From assembly GCA_964632045.1 (NCBI GenBank), contig CAZWBB010000004.1, forward strand, positions 18,615 to 82,614: a stretch of DNA of 64,000 bases. Reading direction: 5' to 3'. A model generated the notes under the pieces. It searched no databases and was not told the origin of the DNA. It worked only from the letters and a program-made list of their open reading frames with translations. This document shows, piece by piece, positions 19,075 through 29,240 of the stretch (its first letter is position 1; every line of letters starts with the position of its first letter). Origin of the DNA: an uncultured Methanosarcinales archaeon. GTDB lineage: Archaea > Nanobdellota > Nanobdellia > Woesearchaeales > GW2011-AR9. The translations under genes were made by a program, and so were the position numbers.

Positions 19075-20133
19075 TCACACCTTCTGCACGTACTTAAACT
19101 GATTGAAGATTATGATCGAGTCGTAACTGATGATGTTTTCAGAGAATTCAGTCCTGATCTCATCGATGATTCGATGAAAGTCAGCATTGTCTCTGGCAAA
19201 GACGCTTAAGTGATAGTCCCACCTGCCGATCATCTTAATGTACCACACAACGTTAGAATGATATTTAAGGAAAGTGAAAAATTTTTCTTTGTTGAGGTGT
19301 TTAAACTTAAAAAAAACCTTCCACCACTGATAACCCATTTGGCTTAGTGAGGCCAGAGGCATGAATCGCTTGATCACCCCGGATAAGATCATCTTCTTTA
19401 TCCGGTTATCAACGGCTACAGGAGCCAGGTTCACCTTCTCTGAGATGTGCCTGATACTTGCCGCTGCCTCGAGCTTAAGAAGTTCCAGTATCTCTTTGTC
19501 TTTTCTGTCCAATTTCACCTGACTGTGGTCCCCCTTAGAGGCTTCGAATTCTTTCTGAAAAGTAGAACCCTTACGTTCTGAGATGTTGAGTTGACTGCAT
19601 TCTTCTCCCCTGAGTATGAAATCCAATCCCAGGAAATCTTCCTCCAATATTTCGAGGATGTCATACCCATGGATCACATGGTGATAATCATCAATGATGT
19701 TATCCAACAACTGCACAAATTCTTCCTCTTGCCTGACGCTTGCCAGGATCTGGATATCGTAACTGCCAGAACAATTTTTCAATCGTGTTATCTGATCAAA
19801 ATCAAACAGGAAGTCGATCAATTTTTTCTCGTCTGAGAGCGTCTTCAGTTTAATGTATATCAGATAATTCCTCAACCCAAGCCGACGATGGTCTAGTAAA
19901 GTAAGATTGCCGTAGAGGAAATTGCTTTCCATCATCCTTTTGATACGATAGGCTACCGTTTCTCTTTTCAGTCGCAGCTTCTTGGCGATAGCTGTATTGC
20001 TGTAGCGGGCATTCTGGTGGAGAATGTACAGGATTTTTTTGTCTACAAGATCCAACTTGATTGCCTCTCTTACCTTTCCATCTGCATACCTGTTGTATTC
20101 CCTCACTTGTCCTATAAATTTGTTTTGAGACAT
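19075..20133 (-). CDS. Tandem (double) Lrp/AsnC transcriptional regulator, paralog 1
   Basis: Two HTH-AsnC units (DKKILYIL..NARYS..IAKKL; DKEILELL), each followed by a RAM-like domain; ERKGSTFQKEF linker. Confidence 0.92.
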   Translation of the reverse strand: MSQNKFIGQVREYNRYADGKVREAIKLDLVDKKILYILHQNARYSNTAIAKKLRLKRETVAYRIKRMMESNFLYGNLTLLDHRRLGLRNYLIYIKLKTLSDEKKLIDFLFDFDQITRLKNCSGSYDIQILASVRQEEEFVQLLDNIIDDYHHVIHGYDILEILEEDFLGLDFILRGEECSQLNISERKGSTFQKEFEASKGDHSQVKLDRKDKEILELLKLEAAASIRHISEKVNLAPVAVDNRIKKMILSGVIKRFMPLASLSQMGYQWWKVFFKFKHLNKEKFFTFLKYHSNVVWYIKMIGRWDYHLSVFARDNADFHRIIDEIRTEFSENIISYDSIIIFNQFKYVQKV

Positions 20134-20221
20134 ATCTTTACACAAAGCAAACACAATATAAATAATTTATGGTTTCCGGTCAAAATATGGAGAGAATTCT
20201 ACCATTTTTCTATATGTCAAT

Positions 20222-21325
20222 TCATCTACAATCACTATGGTAAATACAATATCTATTTGCTTCTTCCGGCAGGTCAATATTTGGCTGGTCAGGATCCAAA
20301 AGGATTTTCTTACACTGGCTGATGTCGGAGGTGCAGCAATCAGGATCCTCGCTTCTGGGAAAGTAGATTTTCCTGATCTTCCTAGCGTACTCTGAAGTTG
20401 CAGCCTTTGTAAGATTACCTTCTACAAATATTCCATCTTCAATAACAATACCGAGCTTGGCCAGGAAGTAGCTGTCCGCCATGATCGCTCCATCATATTC
20501 GACCATGACTCTTGGATAATCAAAGTCAAAAGCTATGTATGGGCGCCTGTACTTCCAGGAATGACTAAACTCTTCCCTATCTATCTTCTCCAATCTTTCT
20601 GCAAGGAACCGGTAATCCATCCCTTCCCATAGAAAGTTGTTATTCTCTGCCTTCCCGTATGGGGCGGTCTCCTGCATGTAGGGAAAGATATTGTTCTTCC
20701 TGTAGAATCTAAAAATGTTCTCCAGTTCTGGAGCATTGATGGTATTCATCACTGTTCCGCATCCCAATCTGTCTTCATCAGCGAAACCCTTTTCGAGGAG
20801 CATAGCCAATCCCTTTGGGATATGACCTTCTTTCAATTCGATAAATTCATATGACGTTCTTGGATTGACGATCCGGTTGGAAGTGTCGGGGATCATACTC
20901 TCCATCTTACCGATGACAGAAATATCCATCTTATAGAATTCATCGACTAACTCCTGGCTTGGTGTTGGATGCAGGCTGGAAAGCAGCACCACATGAAGTC
21001 CGTTCTCATTGGCTGCTTCCGCCAGCTCAAGGAAGACTTTCCCTTTCTTTCTCAGCAAAGGTTCACCCATCCCTGGTACAAAGACAGTCTTCACTCCTAA
21101 TCCAGCTATTTCCTTTAGAAGAAGCTTGTACTCATCCAGATCCATCTCCTCTTTGATCTTCCTTTTCTCCTCATAGCAGCACATCAGACAGTCGTTAAGG
21201 CATTCTGGGTAAAGAAATACATCTGCTAACAGGATCTCATCGTTTTCCCGGGCATCCCTGGCCTGCTGCGGAGTAAAGAATCCTTTGAGTAGAGGCGGAT
21301 GATTTTGGGAGTTTGTTTTTCTCAT
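20222..21325 (-). CDS. Radical SAM protein
   Basis: CLNDCLMC (CxxxCxxC), GMGEPLL. Confidence 0.88.
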   Translation of the reverse strand: MRKTNSQNHPPLLKGFFTPQQARDARENDEILLADVFLYPECLNDCLMCCYEEKRKIKEEMDLDEYKLLLKEIAGLGVKTVFVPGMGEPLLRKKGKVFLELAEAANENGLHVVLLSSLHPTPSQELVDEFYKMDISVIGKMESMIPDTSNRIVNPRTSYEFIELKEGHIPKGLAMLLEKGFADEDRLGCGTVMNTINAPELENIFRFYRKNNIFPYMQETAPYGKAENNNFLWEGMDYRFLAERLEKIDREEFSHSWKYRRPYIAFDFDYPRVMVEYDGAIMADSYFLAKLGIVIEDGIFVEGNLTKAATSEYARKIRKIYFPRSEDPDCCTSDISQCKKILLDPDQPNIDLPEEANRYCIYHSDCR

Positions 21326-22041
21326 TCTGTATAAGCTTCACCAAAATAGTCTAATTCAATTTCTAATCTGGGAGGTGAATCAGGTTCAGCTTTGGCTCTG
21401 GCCAGCAGATAGATGTGGGAGTCCGCTAATGATTTCAATTTTGTACAAAGGTCTTTAGAGGTTGATTTTTCAACAGAAATTTTGCGTTCATGTCCACCCA
21501 AAGAGCCGATCCCTTCAGCTTTATAATGCGGCAATATTGGGCCGGTCCTCATCTCTCCATGTGCACCGCGAGGAAAAACCCTTTCCAAAGTCTCCTCTAT
21601 TTTCACATCACTCACATAAGCCCCATTGATAAAAACCAGTCCTTCCTCCGGATTTTGAAGATCTTCGACAGGAGCGATTAATTCACCGAACCAACGGTCG
21701 GAGCGTCGATACCTGTTCATGGGTCTGTAGTTGTGGTAAAATGTCTTACCATCAGAGAAGGGCTTTGTAATCAGCTCGTCAAAAAATGAGATTATCTCTC
21801 CGTGGTTGGTGAAAGTGTAGATCAGGCCCATCAAACCAAATGTTCCACCTAACAACCTTGGCATCTGGTCGTCGCAGCCAAACAATCCATAACCGCACAC
21901 GCCAAAATATCCAGCTGCTCCGACACCATAGGCAAGCGGCCTTATCTTTTCCCAGGTAGTCTTGGGCGATATCCTTGGCTGGGAGTTGCAGAGCTGTTCC
22001 AACCCTTTTTTTGAAGATAGTAAGTTTGTTGGTATCATCAT
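21322..22041 (-). CDS. Two-TM membrane protein, family Z (paralog of 54349-55146)
   Basis: Two hydrophobic segments; FGELIAPVEDL, GLVFINGAYVSDV, HERK and YLLAR align with the 54349 ORF. Confidence 0.75.
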   Translation of the reverse strand: MMIPTNLLSSKKGLEQLCNSQPRISPKTTWEKIRPLAYGVGAAGYFGVCGYGLFGCDDQMPRLLGGTFGLMGLIYTFTNHGEIISFFDELITKPFSDGKTFYHNYRPMNRYRRSDRWFGELIAPVEDLQNPEEGLVFINGAYVSDVKIEETLERVFPRGAHGEMRTGPILPHYKAEGIGSLGGHERKISVEKSTSKDLCTKLKSLADSHIYLLARAKAEPDSPPRLEIELDYFGEAYTE

Positions 22042-22160
22042 ATTCTGTGGGGGAATATATTATTTAAATTTTTCTTATTTTTTAGTAGTACCCAGATTTA
22101 GTGGTACTAGTTTACCTGCTTTTGATGTGATTGAATTAATATTAAATCTTCTCATGATTG

Positions 22161-22171
22161 TTTTACGGAAA
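22161..22171. promoter_or_regulatory. Recurrent intergenic motif TTTTACGGAAA (reverse complement TTTCCGTAAAA)
   Basis: Identical copy at 55192; near-identical copies at 28051, 33535, 36691 and 59057. Confidence 0.55.
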
Positions 22172-22255
22172 TGACGATCCGATATGAGAATCCTGCTTTT
22201 TTGGGCGAAAGAAATATATAGTTTTTGGTATCTCATTATTTGGGGGGATTGTTTA

Positions 22256-24442
22256 ATGGAAGAGAAGGAGATGACAAGAAAAGCAATTGAAACACTCATT
22301 GAAACAAGCCAGCAGTATCCTGAAAAAGCTGAAGAGCAGTTGGGGGAGTTGGAATTACTTTTCCACAAAGAGGGTGAAGGAGCTGGGAGAGGGGCAGGCT
22401 ATGAACTGAGAAGACAATTTGCTGGCGGCCGCGACGGATTTGGATTTTTTCTTTATGAATTGTTGAAGAAATCCGGAATGCATTTTGATAAAGAAGAATG
22501 GAAATATCAAAGGATAGAGAAAGCACCCTACCTCAGTCCTCTTGACCTCCTACGGATTGGTGAAAATTACCAACCTCCCCCAATCAAATTTAAACCTAAG
22601 GAAATCAAAAGCAAGAAATTGAGTCTACATGCCAAATTTGAAGATAATCCGTTGAAAATCGTTTACGATTCCACTTTCAACAAAACCAAACCTAAACCGG
22701 TCTGCACAAAAAACCGGGACACTCACGCCTTGGCTTCCTATCAGGATGCAGCTGATCCTCTTACACATCATCTGTATATAACCATTGAGAAAAAAAGAAG
22801 TAAAAGAGCCGATGTTTCTCCTACAGTGCTAGAAGCGATGATAATGGAGTGCGAAAAAGATGGCAAAGAGACATTATTAGTGGAAGGGGTCCATGGAGTA
22901 GTGCAAGACAAATTGAGAGAGGAAACCTTTGCTTATCTTTACTCCTGCCTGATTCAGTATGCATGCAAGGAGAAAAAGAGTCTTCTCTTCAATCTCAGTT
23001 TCAACCCCGGCTCCCAGGAAATGCCGATGCATTTTGTTAATTATGTGGGTTGGAGGAATAAGAAAGAAGTTTTCTATGGTATGGAAAATCCACGAAAGAA
23101 AGAGCAGAAGCTGGAGGAGTATAAATGCCAGGTTACAGCAATCACACTGAAAGATCTTTCAAGGAAAGTCAGGAAAATGAGACGTAATCTGGAAGAAAAG
23201 TTAAGGACAGTTTTTGCAGATAGCAGGGAAGCACTTGATGATTTTGCAGCAGAGAGAAGGTATAATGACGCCTGGTGGGGCTCCTCCGGAAAAGAAGAGT
23301 GGAACATGAGAAAGGGGGAAGCTTACTGTCTACAATTAACTCTACAAGAGGTAAAGAAAGAATATTTGAAACCAAAAAAAGAACTGGGCAGAAAAATTGT
23401 GATTAAAGGAATTCCCGTGCCACTGGCGTTTCTTTTGTTATATCTGGTGCCAAAAATGGCATCTCAGTACTGGGAAAAATACGGCGAGCATGTCAAGGAA
23501 CTGCCTGGCCTTCTTTCCTGGGATTTTGCGGACAAAAGGCTGCCGGAGATTGTAACGGATTATGACCCTGAAAAGTTTCTGGAAGAGCTTGCAGATGCAG
23601 CATCTAGCCCTTCTTCTGATGCACGGAGTTTTGATCTCTCAAATCTGGAGAGGCATCCAACTGTTATCTTCAACAAATACTTACAGGCGACAGATATGGG
23701 AGAAGAAAAATTTGGCGTGTTGGATTATCTGGAATCAAAAAGAAGATTGTATGAATGGTATGGAAGAGACGTGCCTAAGCAGAGATTCATCCAATATTCC
23801 TCAGGCTTTGGTAGCAAAAAAGAAGAGCGATGGAAAGAAGTAGTTGATGTTTTTTGGTATGATGCTGGGGATAAGGCTGGAGTTGTGATGAAGCTCACCG
23901 AAGGATTCAATGCTTATGTAGTAGCCAGAGAAGGAGCGAAGAGATACGTTGATTTATTGTATACTCAAATGAAAAGAGAGAGGGAAGAAGGCAGATACAT
24001 TCTGTACCCGGGAAAGAAGATTGAAATCCTAAGACCAGATCCAAAGAGATACTTTGATGAATTTGTTTTCTGTGATGTTGGAAAGTGTAAAGAGGAAAAA
24101 GTCAAGTTAGCTGAAATGAATAATGTGTTAGGGAGATTGTTTGAAGAAAGTACAGGAAATGGAGGGATTGTGCCCGTACAGGTACATGGTGGTAATCTCC
24201 TTTGTAAAGGGAAAGAAATTTATCCCATGGAAAGTCTTTCCCCTCTTGTAAGAATTCAGTACTTCTCTGACTCATTGGTGTTGCCGGCAGGGGAAGCCAC
24301 ACTGGCCTTACCAGGAGCGGAATGCATAATCCCCTTTGAGGAAATCCACCAGGCTAAGCAGGTGGCCGATGTTTTATTCACACTGAAAGAGAAGTACACT
24401 GAAACAGGTGACAAAGGAGGATTCCTAAATGCATTTAGATAA
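22256..24442 (+). CDS. Family X protein 1: conserved N-terminal domain, TM helix, variable C-terminal domain
   Basis: ELRRQFxGG, YQPP, VCTKN, YxDAADP, LLVEGV, FNPxSQ and WWxxSGKxEWN shared with the 24429 and 55273 ORFs. Confidence 0.85.
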   Translation: MEEKEMTRKAIETLIETSQQYPEKAEEQLGELELLFHKEGEGAGRGAGYELRRQFAGGRDGFGFFLYELLKKSGMHFDKEEWKYQRIEKAPYLSPLDLLRIGENYQPPPIKFKPKEIKSKKLSLHAKFEDNPLKIVYDSTFNKTKPKPVCTKNRDTHALASYQDAADPLTHHLYITIEKKRSKRADVSPTVLEAMIMECEKDGKETLLVEGVHGVVQDKLREETFAYLYSCLIQYACKEKKSLLFNLSFNPGSQEMPMHFVNYVGWRNKKEVFYGMENPRKKEQKLEEYKCQVTAITLKDLSRKVRKMRRNLEEKLRTVFADSREALDDFAAERRYNDAWWGSSGKEEWNMRKGEAYCLQLTLQEVKKEYLKPKKELGRKIVIKGIPVPLAFLLLYLVPKMASQYWEKYGEHVKELPGLLSWDFADKRLPEIVTDYDPEKFLEELADAASSPSSDARSFDLSNLERHPTVIFNKYLQATDMGEEKFGVLDYLESKRRLYEWYGRDVPKQRFIQYSSGFGSKKEERWKEVVDVFWYDAGDKAGVVMKLTEGFNAYVVAREGAKRYVDLLYTQMKREREEGRYILYPGKKIEILRPDPKRYFDEFVFCDVGKCKEEKVKLAEMNNVLGRLFEESTGNGGIVPVQVHGGNLLCKGKEIYPMESLSPLVRIQYFSDSLVLPAGEATLALPGAECIIPFEEIHQAKQVADVLFTLKEKYTETGDKGGFLNAFR

Positions 24443-26789
24443 AATACTATGTTCACTTGAAGGAATAACTTTTCAAACTCCCGAATCTCTCCAAGAGCAG
24501 ATAGAAGATTTTGAACTGCTCTTCCATCGTAAGAGTGAGCAGGCAGAAAGGTATGGAAGCATAAGCAAGGAATTAAGGAGGCAGTTTGGGGGTGGTAGCG
24601 ATGGGTTTCATTGTTTCATAGAGGAGCTGTTGAACAATTCCAAGTTTGAGAGTGATGGCAAATATCAACGCAGATCAGAGGCTGCATTGAATGCTTTTGA
24701 CCTACTTCGACTTGCGGAACATTATCAGCCACCAAAGATTCAATTCAGACCGAGGAGGATAGATGGGGAAACAATTTTCTACGCAAAGTTCGTAGAAGAT
24801 CCTCTTGAATTCATCTTCAATTCAGCTTTCAATAGGACAGAACCTAAGGCAGTCTGTACAAAGAACAAAGAACCGCATTCTCTTGCCTCTTACCTGGACG
24901 CTGCCGATCCTTTCACCCATTATCTGCAGGTGTCTGGAGAAAATGATTCCTCTTTTCTGGAAGCGATAATCTGTGAATGCGAGGGGAAAGAAACATTGCT
25001 TGTGGAGGGGGTCTATGGAGTAGTTGAGGAAGAGAAGAGAGAGAAGTCTTTTGAATATCTGTATTCCTGCCTGACAGCGTATGCCCATAAGCAGAAGAAA
25101 AGTATTTCATTCAATCTCCATTTCAATCCTGCTTCTCAGCACATACCCATGCAGTTTGTCAATTTTGTGGGTAGGGGAGAGGAATTCTACCTTTTTGAAG
25201 ATAGCAGAAAGAATCCAAAGAGGATGGACAAAAGTGTTGCCAGGCATAAGAAGAATATCTCAGCTCTTAAAGAGCCAATAAAGTTACTGGAAGTGATTGA
25301 GAGAAATTTCACTGATCCGAAGGAAGTGCTGGACATTTTCACCAATCAAAAAAGATATTCCGACACATGGTGGGAATCTTCCGGTAAAGATGAATGGAAC
25401 AACAGGGAGGGAGAAGCATACTGTATGGAGATTGGTTTCAAAGAACTGAAGAAGATGTACAGGGTGCCCTTGCCGAGAATTGAATGGGGCGTGGGCCTGA
25501 TCCTGTTAGCTGCACTTGTAGGTGTAGGAGAGAATTACTTTTCAGGTGATGATTCCATAGAGTGTGCTTCGGCGAACATGAAAGGTCTGACCTTACACTG
25601 CGTTGATGATGAAGGAGAGAGGCAGTTCTATCTGGATGAGTTGGATAATCTTCATAGAGATGGGGACGTGTTCAAGGCATCTGTGAAAGGAGTAAAATAT
25701 CAGATAACTCCCATAAATGAGGGAGAAGCGGGAGAGTTGCATTCTGCAGCAGGTTTTCGCAGATTGATAGATGAGAACTTACAGAGATTCTGGGATGCTG
25801 GTGGGAAATTACGTGACAAATTCTGCAGACAACCACCTCCAAGCCGGAAATTATCGATCCCTGAATTGTCGGAATATACGATGGGTTGCACCGAAAATTC
25901 GGCCGTTTCATTCAGGACCTTGGATCTTGGAATTATTCTGGAGGAGGAGGGACTGAAAGAAGAAGCGGATACCATTATGGGCATTATTGCCCAAAGAGCT
26001 TACTCTACAAAAAATGCAGATGAAGTGCTATCAGCAGCAGGTTTCTTCAAAGATGAAAATATCTATGGATTGTTGAAGATGAGCAAACAATCAGGACAGA
26101 ATACTAATGAACTGGTTGCTCTATTGGGTCAGCTTTCCGAATGGAAAAACAGCCAGCTTCGTGGAAAAGTAATTGCATTGGCGCACTATTATGTTGGTAG
26201 TGGACAATTCACGGGAGGAGTTGTTGACATGGAGCAAGGGATAATAGATCCCAATTTTGGTAGGGGGTACATTGTTCTTTCTGATTTGGTGAAAGCTTCT
26301 GAATTTCTGAAGCCAGTGGGACTTGCAAAATATATTGCTCTGGCCGAAAAGCTTGCAGATCACCCTTATGCTGCTCACATCTTTGAGGATCTGAACCAAA
26401 TCGGGAAAGATGGGACATCAACCAGATCAGAACCCAGAAACAAGATGGGAAGGAAGTTTTTTCTTCACCTAATAGAAACAGTAGACAAATATGCGGCTGT
26501 TGAGAAAGTGGGAGATAAATTCTCAGGTAGAATTGGAAAGATTGTCAGCGGCATGAGGCACATCTCTGATGATGTGATCGGACAAGGAAATAACTTCTAT
26601 AAAGTATTAGGTTATGCTATGCTGTTACAGGAAGAATGCGTGTTTCAACGTCTTACCAACCTTAAGACGGAGAAGGAAGTAAATGATTATGTTGTTAAAG
26701 CCATTGAAGCGGCAAAGGAAGATGATTCAATATTACGTTTAGGCGATGTAAGTTGGGTCTATGAAAAAGGATTGTGTGTCAGGGAATGA
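24429..26789 (+). CDS. Family X protein 2
   Basis: Same motifs; TM WGVGLILLAALVGVG; unrelated C-terminal half. Confidence 0.85.
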   Translation: MHLDKILCSLEGITFQTPESLQEQIEDFELLFHRKSEQAERYGSISKELRRQFGGGSDGFHCFIEELLNNSKFESDGKYQRRSEAALNAFDLLRLAEHYQPPKIQFRPRRIDGETIFYAKFVEDPLEFIFNSAFNRTEPKAVCTKNKEPHSLASYLDAADPFTHYLQVSGENDSSFLEAIICECEGKETLLVEGVYGVVEEEKREKSFEYLYSCLTAYAHKQKKSISFNLHFNPASQHIPMQFVNFVGRGEEFYLFEDSRKNPKRMDKSVARHKKNISALKEPIKLLEVIERNFTDPKEVLDIFTNQKRYSDTWWESSGKDEWNNREGEAYCMEIGFKELKKMYRVPLPRIEWGVGLILLAALVGVGENYFSGDDSIECASANMKGLTLHCVDDEGERQFYLDELDNLHRDGDVFKASVKGVKYQITPINEGEAGELHSAAGFRRLIDENLQRFWDAGGKLRDKFCRQPPPSRKLSIPELSEYTMGCTENSAVSFRTLDLGIILEEEGLKEEADTIMGIIAQRAYSTKNADEVLSAAGFFKDENIYGLLKMSKQSGQNTNELVALLGQLSEWKNSQLRGKVIALAHYYVGSGQFTGGVVDMEQGIIDPNFGRGYIVLSDLVKASEFLKPVGLAKYIALAEKLADHPYAAHIFEDLNQIGKDGTSTRSEPRNKMGRKFFLHLIETVDKYAAVEKVGDKFSGRIGKIVSGMRHISDDVIGQGNNFYKVLGYAMLLQEECVFQRLTNLKTEKEVNDYVVKAIEAAKEDDSILRLGDVSWVYEKGLCVRE

Positions 26790-26954
26790 AAAGGAAAATT
26801 GATTGCACTCCAGATGTCCGTGACAGATTTTTAGAATGTAAATATGGCAACGAACTTGGAGGATCAGTGAAATTAGGCAGGACAATATTTCTCAAAAAAG
26901 TTCCAGATAATATGCTCCCTTAGATTTTGGCCATTACTAACTGGAACATTCATA

Positions 26955-28010
26955 CTACTCCACCCGAGGCTCAAACTTATACTGATTGAAGATTAGGATA
27001 GAATCATAATAATTTATCCCCTCCTTAAACTCATCTCTTACTTCATTAAGCACTCGGTGAAATTCTTTATTATCTCTGGCGAAGATACTCAACTGGTAGT
27101 TCCACTGGCCGATACACTTGACGCACCACTCAATGTTGTTATGCTGTTCTGCATAACTGTACAAGCGACTGTCTTTCACTCCCACCAGATTAAGGAACAC
27201 CGTGAACCATTGATGACCTAGAGCAGAGAAAGAGACAAGCGGAGTAAAGGATTTGATGACCCCCTGAGAAACAAGGTTTCCCATTCGAAGCTTGACAGAG
27301 TTTGGAGCCACTCTAACTTGGTCAGAGATTTCCTTTAATGTTGCCCGGGCGTTGAACTTCAGCAGAGACAAGATTTGTCTGTCAGTATCATCGATTTTGA
27401 TCACACCATTATATGGTTTAAGTTTATCCCGTTCCCCAAATTCCTTGGCGAAAGCAGAGCCTTTCCTTTCCGCTATATTCATCTCCTGCAGCAGTTCAGA
27501 AGAGGGTTCGTCAAAGATCATCATGTTACCTGCCGGGTCCTCTCTCAGAAAATTCAGTATCACATACTCTCTCACTGCAGAAGCATGCTCCTGCAAAAAA
27601 TTGTTGATGAACGCCTCGAATTCTTCCAGGCTTCTGGTAGTTACATCAAAAGCCAAATCATATCTTCCGCTGCAGGCAGATAGAATGGTAATCTCCTCCC
27701 TGCTGATCAGATCCTCTATCATCTTCTCTTCATGGGTTACTTTCACTAACTTCAATAAAACATTGAAAGTCATAAAACCCAGTTTGCGCGGATCGAGAAG
27801 AGTAAGGAATCCGGTAATGATCTTCCTCTTGCGAAGCTGGGAGATTCTGTAAGCAACAACTTCCCGGCTTAGTTTGAGAGATTTAGCTAGGGCAGTGTTA
27901 GAGATACGGCAGTTCCTGGAAAGGATGTACAAAATCTTCTTATCTAACAAATCCACTTTTTGGGGCATGACATCCTGTAATACCTGCCCTCTAAAAATAT
28001 CTGTGTTCAT
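26955..28010 (-). CDS. Tandem Lrp/AsnC regulator, paralog 2
   Basis: DKKILYILSRNCRIS, ERKGSAFAKEF, DRQILSLLKFNAR. Confidence 0.92.
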   Translation of the reverse strand: MNTDIFRGQVLQDVMPQKVDLLDKKILYILSRNCRISNTALAKSLKLSREVVAYRISQLRKRKIITGFLTLLDPRKLGFMTFNVLLKLVKVTHEEKMIEDLISREEITILSACSGRYDLAFDVTTRSLEEFEAFINNFLQEHASAVREYVILNFLREDPAGNMMIFDEPSSELLQEMNIAERKGSAFAKEFGERDKLKPYNGVIKIDDTDRQILSLLKFNARATLKEISDQVRVAPNSVKLRMGNLVSQGVIKSFTPLVSFSALGHQWFTVFLNLVGVKDSRLYSYAEQHNNIEWCVKCIGQWNYQLSIFARDNKEFHRVLNEVRDEFKEGINYYDSILIFNQYKFEPRVE

Positions 28011-28050
28011 ATATTATACGATAGAACGGATTTTATATAAAATTTGTTGT

Positions 28051-28061
28051 TTTTCGTAAAA
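28051..28061. promoter_or_regulatory. Recurrent motif TTTTCGTAAAA
   Basis: In the divergent intergenic region next to Lrp paralog 2. Confidence 0.55.
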
Positions 28062-28136
28062 TTTCCTTCCCTGAATTTTAGATGGTAGGTTCCAGTATCT
28101 TATTTCGAAATCATTAAATACTCCTGAGATCTCTGG

Positions 28137-29150
28137 ATGTTGATGAGGAAGACTTTATTGATTGCAGGAATCATTGCCGGGATTTCTGGTGGAATCTCCA
28201 ATTCTGATGCTCGGTTTAGGACCGGCAGCAATACTAAGATAGCTAGATTACGGGCCAACACTGATCTTCTCCTGGGCCGAGCTGATTATGATCTAAGATT
28301 GGATGTTGATATCCCAAGCAGATATGAGTTGGGATGTGTTGCTTGCAGAGACCCCTATTTGGATGACATAGACACTGTCGGGACGAGTTCGCTTACGCGG
28401 ATGGCGGATATAGGTATCAAACTAAAAGGATCTTCTTATGATTACGCAGAGGTTCTTCTTAGATTATCCAATGATTTGGAGAAGCAGTCCGCTTTACTGG
28501 ATCTGGGCGATTTATATCCTGCTCCCGCCCCTCAGGAGATGGATACCAGAACCATGATTACCAACAGTACCAGATTATTCTCGACTAGTGCCTTTTCTGT
28601 TCCAGAGATTCTTTTAAGAAACGAAAAAGCAGGAAATGAACATCTTGACGAGGGAAGAATCGAGACATTGTACGAGGATGCTAGGATACGGATTACGAAT
28701 GATTTCGGGTTACTTACTTTCCGTAACAATCAAAATGGAACGGAAGTCAGATTTAGGGAAGATCCTTCCGGCGGACTGTACAAACCAACAGATATGGGAG
28801 AAATCATACTTGAGCCAACTCGGCAGCTACTACAGACATCTGCTCTATTGCATGAAAGCAATAGTATTTTGTTGCACCACCCGGAAGAATATAGATTCTA
28901 TTTTCTGGAAAAGACCGACTTAAAGATTTTGAGGATTCTTGATGGCGCAGAAGGCAAGGAGGTGACGGACTACCTGCAGGATAATCTTGATTATTTTGAA
29001 AGTTATAATATTGTTCCATTGAATGATTATCTGGATAGCTTGGAGCACAAAGAGATTGTGAGCCGTGAGACGGGTATTGAAGTGAAAAAGGGCTGTAGTT
29101 TGTATGCTCCCCAACCTTTGGAAGTTTTCTTTTTGTATGGGCGAAGGTGA
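28137..29150 (+). CDS. Secreted family Y protein 1
   Basis: Signal peptide; C-terminal domain shared with the 31202 and 32316 ORFs; ends GCSLY...YGRR. Confidence 0.8.
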   Translation: MLMRKTLLIAGIIAGISGGISNSDARFRTGSNTKIARLRANTDLLLGRADYDLRLDVDIPSRYELGCVACRDPYLDDIDTVGTSSLTRMADIGIKLKGSSYDYAEVLLRLSNDLEKQSALLDLGDLYPAPAPQEMDTRTMITNSTRLFSTSAFSVPEILLRNEKAGNEHLDEGRIETLYEDARIRITNDFGLLTFRNNQNGTEVRFREDPSGGLYKPTDMGEIILEPTRQLLQTSALLHESNSILLHHPEEYRFYFLEKTDLKILRILDGAEGKEVTDYLQDNLDYFESYNIVPLNDYLDSLEHKEIVSRETGIEVKKGCSLYAPQPLEVFFLYGRR

Positions 29151-29240
29151 GCAGCAGATACTTAGTGCCGGACATCGTTTTAATCCTGCAGTAGTAAATG
29201 TAGAAAAGTTTAAATAATCTCGGTTTGTATACTCTTAGTG

